From positions 32,001 to 96,000 of IMG/VR virus record IMGVR_UViG_3300045988_059940: 64,000 nucleotides of DNA; one strand, written 5' to 3'. Under the pieces are notes generated by a model that saw nothing but the letters and a program-made list of their open reading frames with translations, did not search any database and had not been told where the DNA came from. The position numbers and the translations under genes are program-made. Position 1 is the first letter of the stretch, and each line of letters opens with the position of its first letter. The stretch comes from a virus. This document shows, piece after piece, positions 24,101 through 32,532 of this stretch.

Positions 24101-24346
24101 ATCACCAGGTGTTGCTCCTCCACCTCCACTACCAGAGCCTCCACCTCCATGTAGTGCGAGCCATGATATATTTCCTTGTGCGACAGTTAAATCATCTTTT
24201 AATCTTTCCATCGCAGTATCAACAGAGATTATATTCTCTCCGTCTTTTAAGAACTTAGGGTTTGTTGTACCGATACCTTTTGCATCATTACTTGCTACAA
24301 TATCCCAAGTTCTTTTTGATTCATTATATTTCTTTATGTTATTCAT
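21116..24346 (-). CDS. large tail fibre/spike protein (1076 aa, 14 in-frame TAG)
   Basis: ATG at 24346. Frame 2 was walked across all gaps down to the TAA at 21116-21118. The N-terminus is MNNIKKYNESKRTWD... followed by a GGGGSGSGGGG linker. Confidence 0.6.
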
Positions 24347-24357
24347 TGTAAGAAAGA

Positions 24358-27300
24358 TTATAAGGTGATTGTATATTTGTCCTATGTGGTTATATTATAT
24401 GCAGATAAATCTTGCGGTAATGATTCTTTCAATGTCATTGCTACTGCTGATAGACTATCTAATTGTTTATTCATGTCATACTTTGCAGTATTCTTATCTT
24501 CATTCACCGTCCAAACACCTTTTATTTGTTTAGCTGTAATATCTATTTTACTATCTGACATTTCATACACTACATACATGGGGTAATGTTGCTTAACATT
24601 TTCCTTCGGTGTAACTTCACTAGTCTTAGCTTTAAAATATGCTAACAACCAAGGTATTTGATAATCTGGCCCAGACGGCTGTTCTTTGTTTGAAACTAAC
24701 TTCCAACCAGTTGCCTATGACATAACATATGTTGGTGCATTGATTTTATCTACTATTTCAAATCTTGCAAATTGTAACCAATCATTATTTATATCTGATG
24801 CCTTTGTTACCTAAATTACTGGTTTTCTAGAAACACCTTCTGTTACTTCGCCCATAAACTCAACGGCTGTATTTTGCCTGTTATTCTATATATAATCAGC
24901 TGGTGCATCATATATTGGTTTACTTATACTATAAGTATGTTTGTGACCACCAAATACTAATCGTATACCATACTTCTTAAACAATCTAGAAAACCTATAT
25001 GTACCATTGTTATTTAGTGTATTTAAGTGTGAACCACTACGTCCTTTTACACCATTCATGAAGTCCCAGGTTACGATTGTAAATGGCATTTCATGCATAT
25101 AACAAAGTGTATTTTTACAGTCAGTTGGATTCTCTACACCATAGTATATCTATAAATCTTTCTTTAACCAATCTTCAATTTTAGCGTTCATTGTTTTAGC
25201 AAAGGTAGCATCGCCAGAGTTTGTACTAATGTTCCAATCATCTGTATACACTTTACTAGTAGCTACCGCATTTTCTGAATTAATAGATATGAAATGGAAT
25301 TTCCCATAATTAAACGAATATGTAGAATACATTAAACATTTCTTCCCATTCCATGTTAATTCATATTCATTGTTTGGGTCTAGCTCAAATGTAAAGTATT
25401 TCAATACATTTACATGGTTATATTTAGATGTAACATCATCACCGTCTGTTAGTTGTGTAGCATTATGTCCACACAAGTCATTGTTACCAACAGTAAACAT
25501 TTCAGTTTTATCACCTAAGAACTCGTCTAGTGCTTGATAGTAATCTAACCATTCATTCTCCCTATTACCGTTCTAAGTAATATCTCCTGTATTTATCAAG
25601 AAGTCTGCGTCTTGTTGGTCTTGTGCTAACATCTTGGCCGATTTACGCCAAGCCTGGTAATCTATCCAACTGAACCCTTGTTGGTCAGTTTCTTGTACGA
25701 ATTTAAAAGTTGTTACCTCTGAGTTGTCTTTGACCGTTAACGTCTTAATTGTACTATAATATGACTCGTCAAAGTCTCTTCCTATGCGATATTCATATAC
25801 GCCAGCTTCAAACTATTCACTTAATACTACCTTATGAGTAGTAACCATTGTACCGCGTACCGTCTTCCAGCGTAATCTTTCATAATGGTCTATGAACTTA
25901 TTTATAACAGCTGAGTTAGAAGAATCATCTCTTGTTATAGAATATTGTTTCTTCCATTCAGTTTGTCCTTTTTTACGATATTCTATAAACTCATCGTAAT
26001 ATCCGACAGATACCCAATTGAAGCATCTAGAAGCCTTTTTGTGATTTGCTGTATCGGAAGTGGCTTGAATACCAAATGTACACCTTATGCAGTTTGGTTT
26101 ATTCTTATTGAACTCTGTTTTATCTGTAAAGAAGTTTTTACCCTCCCATGATGCTTTTGGTGTATATTTCTCTTTCATCTCATCTAGATAGTAATACTGT
26201 ATACTATTACCTATCTTTGTAGTTTGACGTTTAAGATTTACATATATCCATAAGCTTGTAGACTTTCTAGCACCATATGCTTTATTACCCTATTTGGCTG
26301 GTTCTAACATAAACCTACGTATAAATAGCGCATCATTCCAAGAATCTCCTGGCTCTAATAAGAATGTAGTTCCACCTTCACTTAACGAGCCTACACCAAA
26401 TCCACAGCTATCTATATATCCTTTATTTACCTTTTGTTTATTCCAAGGTGAAGCTAACTCTCCAACAGCATATAGATTACCATTGGAATCGTACACCCAG
26501 TTATCTGTTGGACTACCAACACACAAATAGAAGCTAGAACAAGTTTGGCTAAACTTTATTAGTTCACCATTTGAGAACCACTCTTGGTCATATGTATTAA
26601 CATCAATGAATTGAGAGTTATAATCATTACATTTAGCTCCTCGTATTAAATATGTAGAGCCTGCTTTTATTACACCACTTAGCGGTAATGTGTGCCACTT
26701 GTATCCGTTTGTACCTCCACCATATGGTGTACCATCTGTATAGAGTAGATATATACCATTTAAGTTAATATCTTCTGTTGAACCATTTGCAAGCTCTACA
26801 AAGTTGTGTGAACACATACAGTCTTCTGAACCTTGTCCACCGCAATATACTTCATTTATACAGAGTAGATGATTTATAAATACACCCCAAGACCCATCTG
26901 GGTTACCTATACCAGTTGGAGTTTGTATATTCTTATGTATCATAAACTCGCCAGACTTACTTACTTCTACTTTGTATGTAGATTCACCGTCTGTAAAGTT
27001 TAGATACCTTAGTTTCGTAGCATATAAATCTTCTACACTAATTCCACCACCAGAACCTCCTGAGCCACCATCTGTTGTGCCTACAAGATTGAACTTCCCA
27101 TCTTTATATAGAACTAAACGTTTTTTATCTGTATAGAATAGTATTTCACCGTCTATTAGGTTTTGTCTATTCTTATTGAAATTAGCTACTGTATCCATCT
27201 TTATAGATACATGATTTACAGTAGGTTCTATTCCTTCTGTATTAGGTTTATCTTTAACTATACCTGGAATATCTTTTGATTCCTTTGGTTTAAGAGGGTC

Positions 27301-28029
27301 TGCTGAACGCATGATAATTTCCCTAGCACTAGAATGTGCATCACCAGCTACTACACCGTTGAGTATTATTTTATTTACAACACTCATGTTTTTGTATATT
27401 TCAGCGAGTGCTGCTTTTATCTTCTTTAACTCATCAGCATCATTCTATGTTAGATTTGTAGTATCACGAGTGTCTATCCACAACTTGCTTTTATCCTCTG
27501 GTGCAATTTGTCCAACATATATCTACGAACTTGATATTTCTGATAAACCTGTTGATAACAGACGATATAATACGCCTGTTGTTTTATTATATATTATTTT
27601 TGTAGATGCTTCTTTGTAATCATCAGATGACCCATAATTATCAGTGGATGCCCACTGTGCATATGCAAAACCTGCCTTTATTGCTAGGAATTTTTTATGT
27701 GCGTCACTGTATACTATTTTATCGTAAGTATTTGCTACGTTTACATCATCGATAGTATATATTGTCGTATCTATTGAATCTATTGTTAATACGTCAGACT
27801 TACGACCATTCTGCTTTATTTTTTTTAATATTTCATCAATGTTTATATCTGGCTATTGTGCCTATAAACGCTCTACAATACGTTTAATGGAGTTGGCATC
27901 AAATATATCCCCATCTTCAAACTAATGGTTATTGATATATTCGCCACGCTATAACATGATTACTTTTGGAGTCCTAGGTATATCTATGTTATCAATAATC
28001 CTAGTACCAAATAGTTTTGTTTTTTTCAT
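24358..28029 (-). CDS. large multidomain tail-associated protein with a lamin-tail-like domain and a metallophosphoesterase domain (1223 aa, 14 in-frame TAG)
   Basis: ATG at 28029 and TAA at 24358. Frame 1 was walked across all gaps. A GGSGGSGGG linker is present. HNFVELANGSTEDINLNGIYLLY is LTD-like. The phosphoesterase motifs are GDIT-TAG-NG, GNNDL and FGGHKHTYS. Confidence 0.6.
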
Positions 28030-28144
28030 GTGCTATAATTAAAAGATTATACAAACAAGGAAAGGGGACCCCTTATCGGGACCCCCTTTTACCTGCGAGA
28101 TATTGCCAGTCTATGTACGCCATCTCAGGTAAGCTTGTTACGCG

Positions 28145-28705
28145 TCACTCGCTTACTTCAGTGTCTTCCGTCGACACCACCGCTTCTGGCTCAAATTCTT
28201 GCTCAGCTTGTACGGCATCGTTTGTGCTGCTAGCTTCCTGTGCAGAATTATTATTCAGTGCGCTCAATTTCTCATCGCTGGAACCATATCCACCTTCCCC
28301 GCGTTCTGTTTCGCTAAGTTCCGTTACTTCTGTTACTGTAACTTCTGGAATCGGCATTACAATCAATTGTACAAAACGTTCCCCAATTTGGTATAATGCA
28401 GGAGCGCCGTTTGTTGTAATGTGCATCTTTGCTGTTACTTCTCCCCTGTATCCAGCGTCTATTACGCCAACACAGTTTGTCATAAACATTGATTTCTTAG
28501 CAATACTAGAACGAGGAAAGAGATAGCCTACGTAACCTTCTGGAATTTCTATCGCTAGACCAGAATGATATACTACAACCGTTTGACCAGCATCGTTTGG
28601 TTCTAATGTAATATCAACCGCTGTAAGGTCAAGTCCTGCGTCATTCTTATGTGCGCGTATAGGCATTATAGCCTTGTCATTCAATCTCTTAATTTTTAGT
28701 TCCAT
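28145..28705 (-). CDS. dut: dUTP diphosphatase (trimeric dUTPase) with an acidic C-terminal extension
   Basis: The motifs DAGLDL, PRSS, GVIDAGYRGE and GERFVQL appear in the canonical order. The stop is TGA. Confidence 0.9.
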   Translation of the reverse strand: MELKIKRLNDKAIMPIRAHKNDAGLDLTAVDITLEPNDAGQTVVVYHSGLAIEIPEGYVGYLFPRSSIAKKSMFMTNCVGVIDAGYRGEVTAKMHITTNGAPALYQIGERFVQLIVMPIPEVTVTEVTELSETERGEGGYGSSDEKLSALNNNSAQEASSTNDAVQAEQEFEPEAVVSTEDTEVSE

Positions 28706-28731
28706 GTATTATTTTATATTAATTTATATAG

Positions 28732-28819
28732 ACGCCCCAGTAGGAGTCGAACCTACCCTGTCACCTTCAGAAGATACGCGGTTTTAGAGACCGCCAGTGC
28801 CACCGTACACCATAGGGCG
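28732..28819 (-). tRNA. amber suppressor tRNA, anticodon CUA, class II (long variable arm), 88 nt
   Basis: Manual fold: acceptor CGCCCUA/UGGGGCG; anticodon stem GCGGU/ACCGC with loop C-U-CUA-A-A; variable arm of about 20 nt with a 5-bp stem; T arm GUAGG-UUCGACU-CCUAC. No CCA is encoded. The base after the acceptor stem is U. Confidence 0.8.
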
Positions 28820-28976
28820 TTATGACGCTGTTTAAAGACTCACACGTCAACGTCTATGAGAAATCGTATTTTTACGTACTAATGGTGAATAATAGCACGG
28901 TGCGGAGGTCGTTATAGTCAGACCGCCATGACTTTGTAAAATTATGCCTAAACAAAATAAAAATATTTTATTATAG

Positions 28977-29049
28977 TTGCGGAGGATGGATTCGAACCAC
29001 CGACCTCACAGGTTATGAGCCTGGCTATCTACCTCTGATATACTCCGCG
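28977..29049 (-). tRNA. tRNA-Met (CAU), initiator-like
   Basis: The 5' end CGCGGAG and 3' end CUCCGCA-A give a C1xA72 mismatch with A73, as in bacterial tRNA-fMet. The anticodon loop is CUCAUAA, the D arm is UAUC/GAUA and the T loop is UUCGAAU. Only two of the three initiator G-C pairs are present in the anticodon stem. Confidence 0.7.
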
Positions 29050-29144
29050 ATATGTGCAGTTTTATAGATGCTGCACTCATCTTAATTATTTTTCCTATTA
29101 AATATGAAACAATTGATTTGTTATAATTTTAAACTTTTTAACAA

Positions 29145-29234
29145 TCCCTAGAATACGAGTCGAACGTACATCTTCAATAAACATTGGCATGCATATTTAT
29201 TGTTGTGCTAATTTACCAATTACACCACCTAGGG
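29145..29234 (-). ncRNA. tRNA-like element with an expanded anticodon arm (90 nt)
   Basis: The acceptor CCCUAGG/UCUAGGG, the D arm GUGU/GCAC with GG in its loop, and the T arm GUACG-UUCGACU-CGUAU are normal. The anticodon arm is a 7-bp stem, CAAUAAA/UUUAUUG, closing a 14-nt loop. No canonical anticodon can be assigned. Confidence 0.45.
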
Positions 29235-29281
29235 AGGGGGTAAGCCGTTGTTTAAGTCTACGGCTTAAAGACTTATATGTT

Positions 29282-29629
29282 TTAGTTGTTACATGATTGT
29301 GTACAACAGGCATCCGATTCTTTTGCTTTCTTACGCATTTGCATTCGTGCGTTAACAGTGTTTGTTATGTATTCGGCCATTTGATTTCCATTGGTAATGT
29401 CTATTACATCATCGTTGTGCGTAATAAGTATGATTGTACCACTTTTGAAGATTTTATGTTCAGTTACAAAGTCATCGTCATTACGAACGATATTAGTTAT
29501 GTCACTGTCTTCTTCTAGTTTATAGAGTTGACCAAGTGCCCCGCAATATATATCACCGCTTGCACTTCGCAAATATCCACTTTCTTTATCGTGATACTTC
29601 AAATAACCGTCTATTACTATATACTTCAT
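29282..29629 (-). CDS. hypothetical protein
   Basis: A 115-aa ORF ending in TAA, with tight spacing to its neighbours. Confidence 0.5.
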   Translation of the reverse strand: MKYIVIDGYLKYHDKESGYLRSASGDIYCGALGQLYKLEEDSDITNIVRNDDDFVTEHKIFKSGTIILITHNDDVIDITNGNQMAEYITNTVNARMQMRKKAKESDACCTQSCNN

Positions 29630-29631
29630 AA

Positions 29632-29925
29632 TTACTTATTGTTAGTCAACCAATTCCAAAAACGCTTTACAACATTCTGCTTCTTTTCAACAGGCTTAGT
29701 TTCAACGCTAAGCATTGTAACAGCTTCACCGTATTGGAAACCTTCATCAAAGCCACTATTGTAACCTTCCACACCACACTCTTGTACAGCATAGTCATAA
29801 TCATAAATAGAGATTGGCAGTTTAGCTTTACACTTAGCTTGATTCATCCTATGTATCCAAGCTTCTGGTTTAGTGACATCAACTACATCAACTACAAATG
29901 CGGGCTTATTTACTTTCTTTGCCAT
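29632..29925 (-). CDS. hypothetical protein
   Basis: A 97-aa ORF ending in TAA. Confidence 0.5.
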   Translation of the reverse strand: MAKKVNKPAFVVDVVDVTKPEAWIHRMNQAKCKAKLPISIYDYDYAVQECGVEGYNSGFDEGFQYGEAVTMLSVETKPVEKKQNVVKRFWNWLTNNK

Positions 29926-30121
29926 TTTGTATTAGCTTTAAAAATTTATTTTTTAGTTTAAACTTAAACAATCCATGAAACAATATTGCCAATGTATTAT
30001 CATCATCTTTCATCTTCTTTTCTGTAAAGTTAAAAGGATGTCTACATACAGCTGTAACAGATTGTTCATCATAACCAGTTTCTTTTTGAACTTCTTTTAT
30101 TATCTATTCTAATGTTATCAT
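29906..30121 (-). CDS. small hypothetical protein with TAG as codon 6
   Basis: ATG at 30121 overlaps the upstream TGA as ATGA. The translation is MITLE-TAG-IIKEVQKETGYDEQSV... down to the TAA at 29906. It is missed by the ORF track because of the TAG. Confidence 0.4.
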
Positions 30122-30510
30122 TTCTGAATAGCGATGATTCCGAATCTAGAAATAAGAACTGAATCTTTCAACCAATCGAACGTTTGAGCTAAGCCTGGCT
30201 TAAATACAATTACATTTCCAACTTGTATATCTTCTCTGCGATTTGTATCAGCTTTGTAAGTCATAGGAACTTTAATTACTACGCCTTTTGCGTAATCTGA
30301 ATCAACCTCCTTAACCTCAGTCTCAACCTTATCGTAATCAATTACGTCGCCGTCTTTCTGTTTCTTTGACGGAATTGGTTTACTAAATTCTTTCTTTACT
30401 TTAATTGGGTCTAGCTTTTTTACTAGAAACAAATCGGTAAATTCGTAATCAATCTTAGCAGCAATATCTTCTGCTAACTTTGTTTGGTCTATAATCTTTT
30501 TGTCTTCCAT
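30118..30510 (-). CDS. hypothetical protein, weak GroES/gp31-like co-chaperonin resemblance
   Basis: 130 aa. The C-terminal part, KGVVIKVP...VGNVIVFKPG...LISRFGIIAI, loosely resembles Cpn10. This is not verified. Confidence 0.3.
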   Translation of the reverse strand: MEDKKIIDQTKLAEDIAAKIDYEFTDLFLVKKLDPIKVKKEFSKPIPSKKQKDGDVIDYDKVETEVKEVDSDYAKGVVIKVPMTYKADTNRREDIQVGNVIVFKPGLAQTFDWLKDSVLISRFGIIAIQK

Positions 30511-30968
30511 TACTTCTTCAAAGATTTAAGATACATCAAAAGGTCGATGTTACTTTCGATAACGTTTGAATGTTCTTTTTGTAACCAACTCGGTTTGTCT
30601 TCGTTGGCATTAACAAACTTCTTAGCCTCTTCTTGGAACTCTTCAAGTAGGTTGTCAATTTCATCAAAGACATTTACGAATGATGAAGATTTCTTTTCTT
30701 TCTCTTCTTCAACGTAGGCAAATGTACCAAGCTCAACAAGCTCTTTTGCTTTACTTGCGCCAATCTTGAAAACGAAATCGAATGTAGATTGTAACCCTGT
30801 CTCTGAATTTACACCCTTGTGTACTTCAAGTAAATACATCTTACCGTCATCTGATAACGTAAGCGTATCTCCAACTTCAAGTCCGTAGAACGGAGAAATT
30901 ACTTTAATTTTCTTTGTCATGCTTTTTATTTTTGCAAATTTGACCCCATAACGTAAATTTTCATACAC
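30510..30968 (-). CDS. hypothetical protein, first gene of the leftward early block
   Basis: A 152-aa ORF. Its TAA overlaps the next ATG. Confidence 0.5.
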   Translation of the reverse strand: MYENLRYGVKFAKIKSMTKKIKVISPFYGLEVGDTLTLSDDGKMYLLEVHKGVNSETGLQSTFDFVFKIGASKAKELVELGTFAYVEEEKEKKSSSFVNVFDEIDNLLEEFQEEAKKFVNANEDKPSWLQKEHSNVIESNIDLLMYLKSLKK

Positions 30969-31183
30969 TTGGTTGCAAAATGAAAAATATTTTGTTAAAT
31001 ATGCAACTTTTTCAAGTTTTTTACGTTATAAGGGAGAGAAGGGGGGATTATAGGGGGGTTAAGAGGGATTAGAGGAGTATATATAGATTATATAGATATA
31101 TACTATATAGAACATATAAACAGTATTATTCATAATACTATATAACATATACTATCATAAGACATATAAACTATACTATTTGT
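30969..31183. promoter_or_regulatory. divergent intergenic region with a purine/G-rich tract and AT-rich iterated motifs
   Basis: The transcription direction switches here. The tract GGGAGAGAAGGGGGGATTATAGGGGGGTTAAGAGGGATTAGAGGAG is followed by repeated ACATATAAAC and ACTATATA-type words. Confidence 0.5.
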
Positions 31184-31588
31184 ATGAATAATAAATCTAT
31201 AATAGATACTTATCGTACTATCTATGATATAGACTTAGTAATAGCTAATCAATATACTACATTAGAGAAGTTAAGAAGATTATACAAGTATGAAGATAAT
31301 AGTAATCTTGTTGAAGATACTATGATTGGATTAGCTACTACTTCTCTTGTTGTAAATAAGAAAACTAATCGTAAGTCTGTTTTAGTTAAAATAAATAAAC
31401 TAAAAATACCGAAATATACAGATAAAAAGTTGGAGTTAGTAAACATAGCTGCACATGAAGAAATGCATGTACTATGTGATATATACAGCCGTGTAGGTGC
31501 AGAAGTAGTTTTTAATAATCAAGAACCGTCGGCTTATTTCTTAGGGTGGATTACTCAAAATATTTATAAAACCATGATTTCCAAATGA
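31184..31588 (+). CDS. HExxH motif protein (putative Zn-metallopeptidase-like)
   Basis: AAHEEMHVLCDIY contains HEEMH. It is the first rightward gene and overlaps the next gene as ATGA. Confidence 0.4.
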   Translation: MNNKSIIDTYRTIYDIDLVIANQYTTLEKLRRLYKYEDNSNLVEDTMIGLATTSLVVNKKTNRKSVLVKINKLKIPKYTDKKLELVNIAAHEEMHVLCDIYSRVGAEVVFNNQEPSAYFLGWITQNIYKTMISK

Positions 31589-32055
31589 ATGACATAGAAT
31601 TAAATGCAATATTATACTACGCTGATTTTCTATCTTTGAAGACTTTAAATAAGCCAATTACTCATACGTGCAAGTACTTTTTTATCCACGGTACGCCATT
31701 AAATGCTACGTATATTGCTACTGGTACACTACAATATGAAGAAGATAATCCATTCTTCTTACAGGCTAGAAAAGAATACGAAACAATTAAAGATAAGTTT
31801 GGTTTAGAGGGTGTAGAAAGCTTCTTAGAAGATATATCTTATCTACGTGCAAGAGGAGCTGTTGATGCTAAACAGATGCTTAGATGTATACATCAATACA
31901 GCACTAGGATAGAAAGAAAGTAGGCCTTTACTAGCTATTACAAGTGGTTAGATGAACAGAAATATACACACATTGTACTCGACGATGATGGAAAAGAAGT
32001 AGAAAAAGAATGCTCAAAATACGTGCTACACTTTGAAGCAGGCTGCAACAGATGA
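31585..32055 (+). CDS. DUF4065/Panacea-like domain protein, extended through an in-frame TAG at 31921
   Basis: The N-terminus ELNAILYYADFLSLKTLNKPITHTCKYFFIHGTPL resembles the SocA/Panacea pattern (KL.YYAd...l...g.pi....y.....GP). Reading through the TAG gives 43 more sensible codons, AFTSYYKWLDEQKY..., down to the TGA at 32053. Confidence 0.4.
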
Positions 32056-32139
32056 TAAGTTTAAGCAAGCTCTTGAACTAATACAAAAAGAGCAGAAATA
32101 TAGACTAAAACATGGATTGTACAATAAAGACAGTGAACA

Positions 32140-32532
32140 ATGGGAAAGATAAATAAATACGCAAATCTATACGACAAACAAGGTAATTTACTACGTAAAA
32201 CAGAAAAAGATGGATTGAAAGATTATACAATAAAAGAACTTTCAGACTTAGTAGATAAGCTTGGTACAGAGAAAGATGAGAACGGTAATCTTAAAGATTA
32301 TGAAGGTTATAAGGATGCACAAGCTGTACTAACTAGAATGTTAATGGACCCCAAATATGCAGCTGAAAGAGAAGCGATGCTTAAAGAAATAACATCTAGA
32401 ATTAAAGCCAATAAAGAAGAGAAAGATAAGGCCTTACAAGACCTAGATGAAGAATTAACTAAGAAAGAAATTGAAGAAAAAGACGGCATCCCGTATACCG
32501 AATTTGAGGAGGTAAGTAATGGAAAAGTTTGA
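32140..32532 (+). CDS. hypothetical charged protein
   Basis: A 130-aa K/E-rich ORF. Confidence 0.5.
   Translation: MGKINKYANLYDKQGNLLRKTEKDGLKDYTIKELSDLVDKLGTEKDENGNLKDYEGYKDAQAVLTRMLMDPKYAAEREAMLKEITSRIKANKEEKDKALQDLDEELTKKEIEEKDGIPYTEFEEVSNGKV

Noticed and set aside
16535-24346. A single giant 7.8-kb gene, suggested because all twelve ORF fragments from 16880 to 24346 share one reading frame.
   Set aside because: Codon-by-codon walking found an in-frame TAA at 21116-21118 and TGA codons at 21092, 21086 and 21065, followed by a new ATG at 21037. These are therefore two genes (21116-24346 and 16535-21037) that happen to share a frame.
28017-28526. Track ORFs antisense to annotated genes, for example 28017-28526(+), 195-458(+), 21671-22112(+), 49427-50943(-), 53353-53819(-) and 34087-34533(-).
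   Set aside because: They overlap stronger genes on the opposite strand (dUTPase, fibre genes, the 469-aa protein and others). They have low-complexity or Cys/Leu/Ser/Phe-rich translations typical of antisense frames, and they lack sensible starts.
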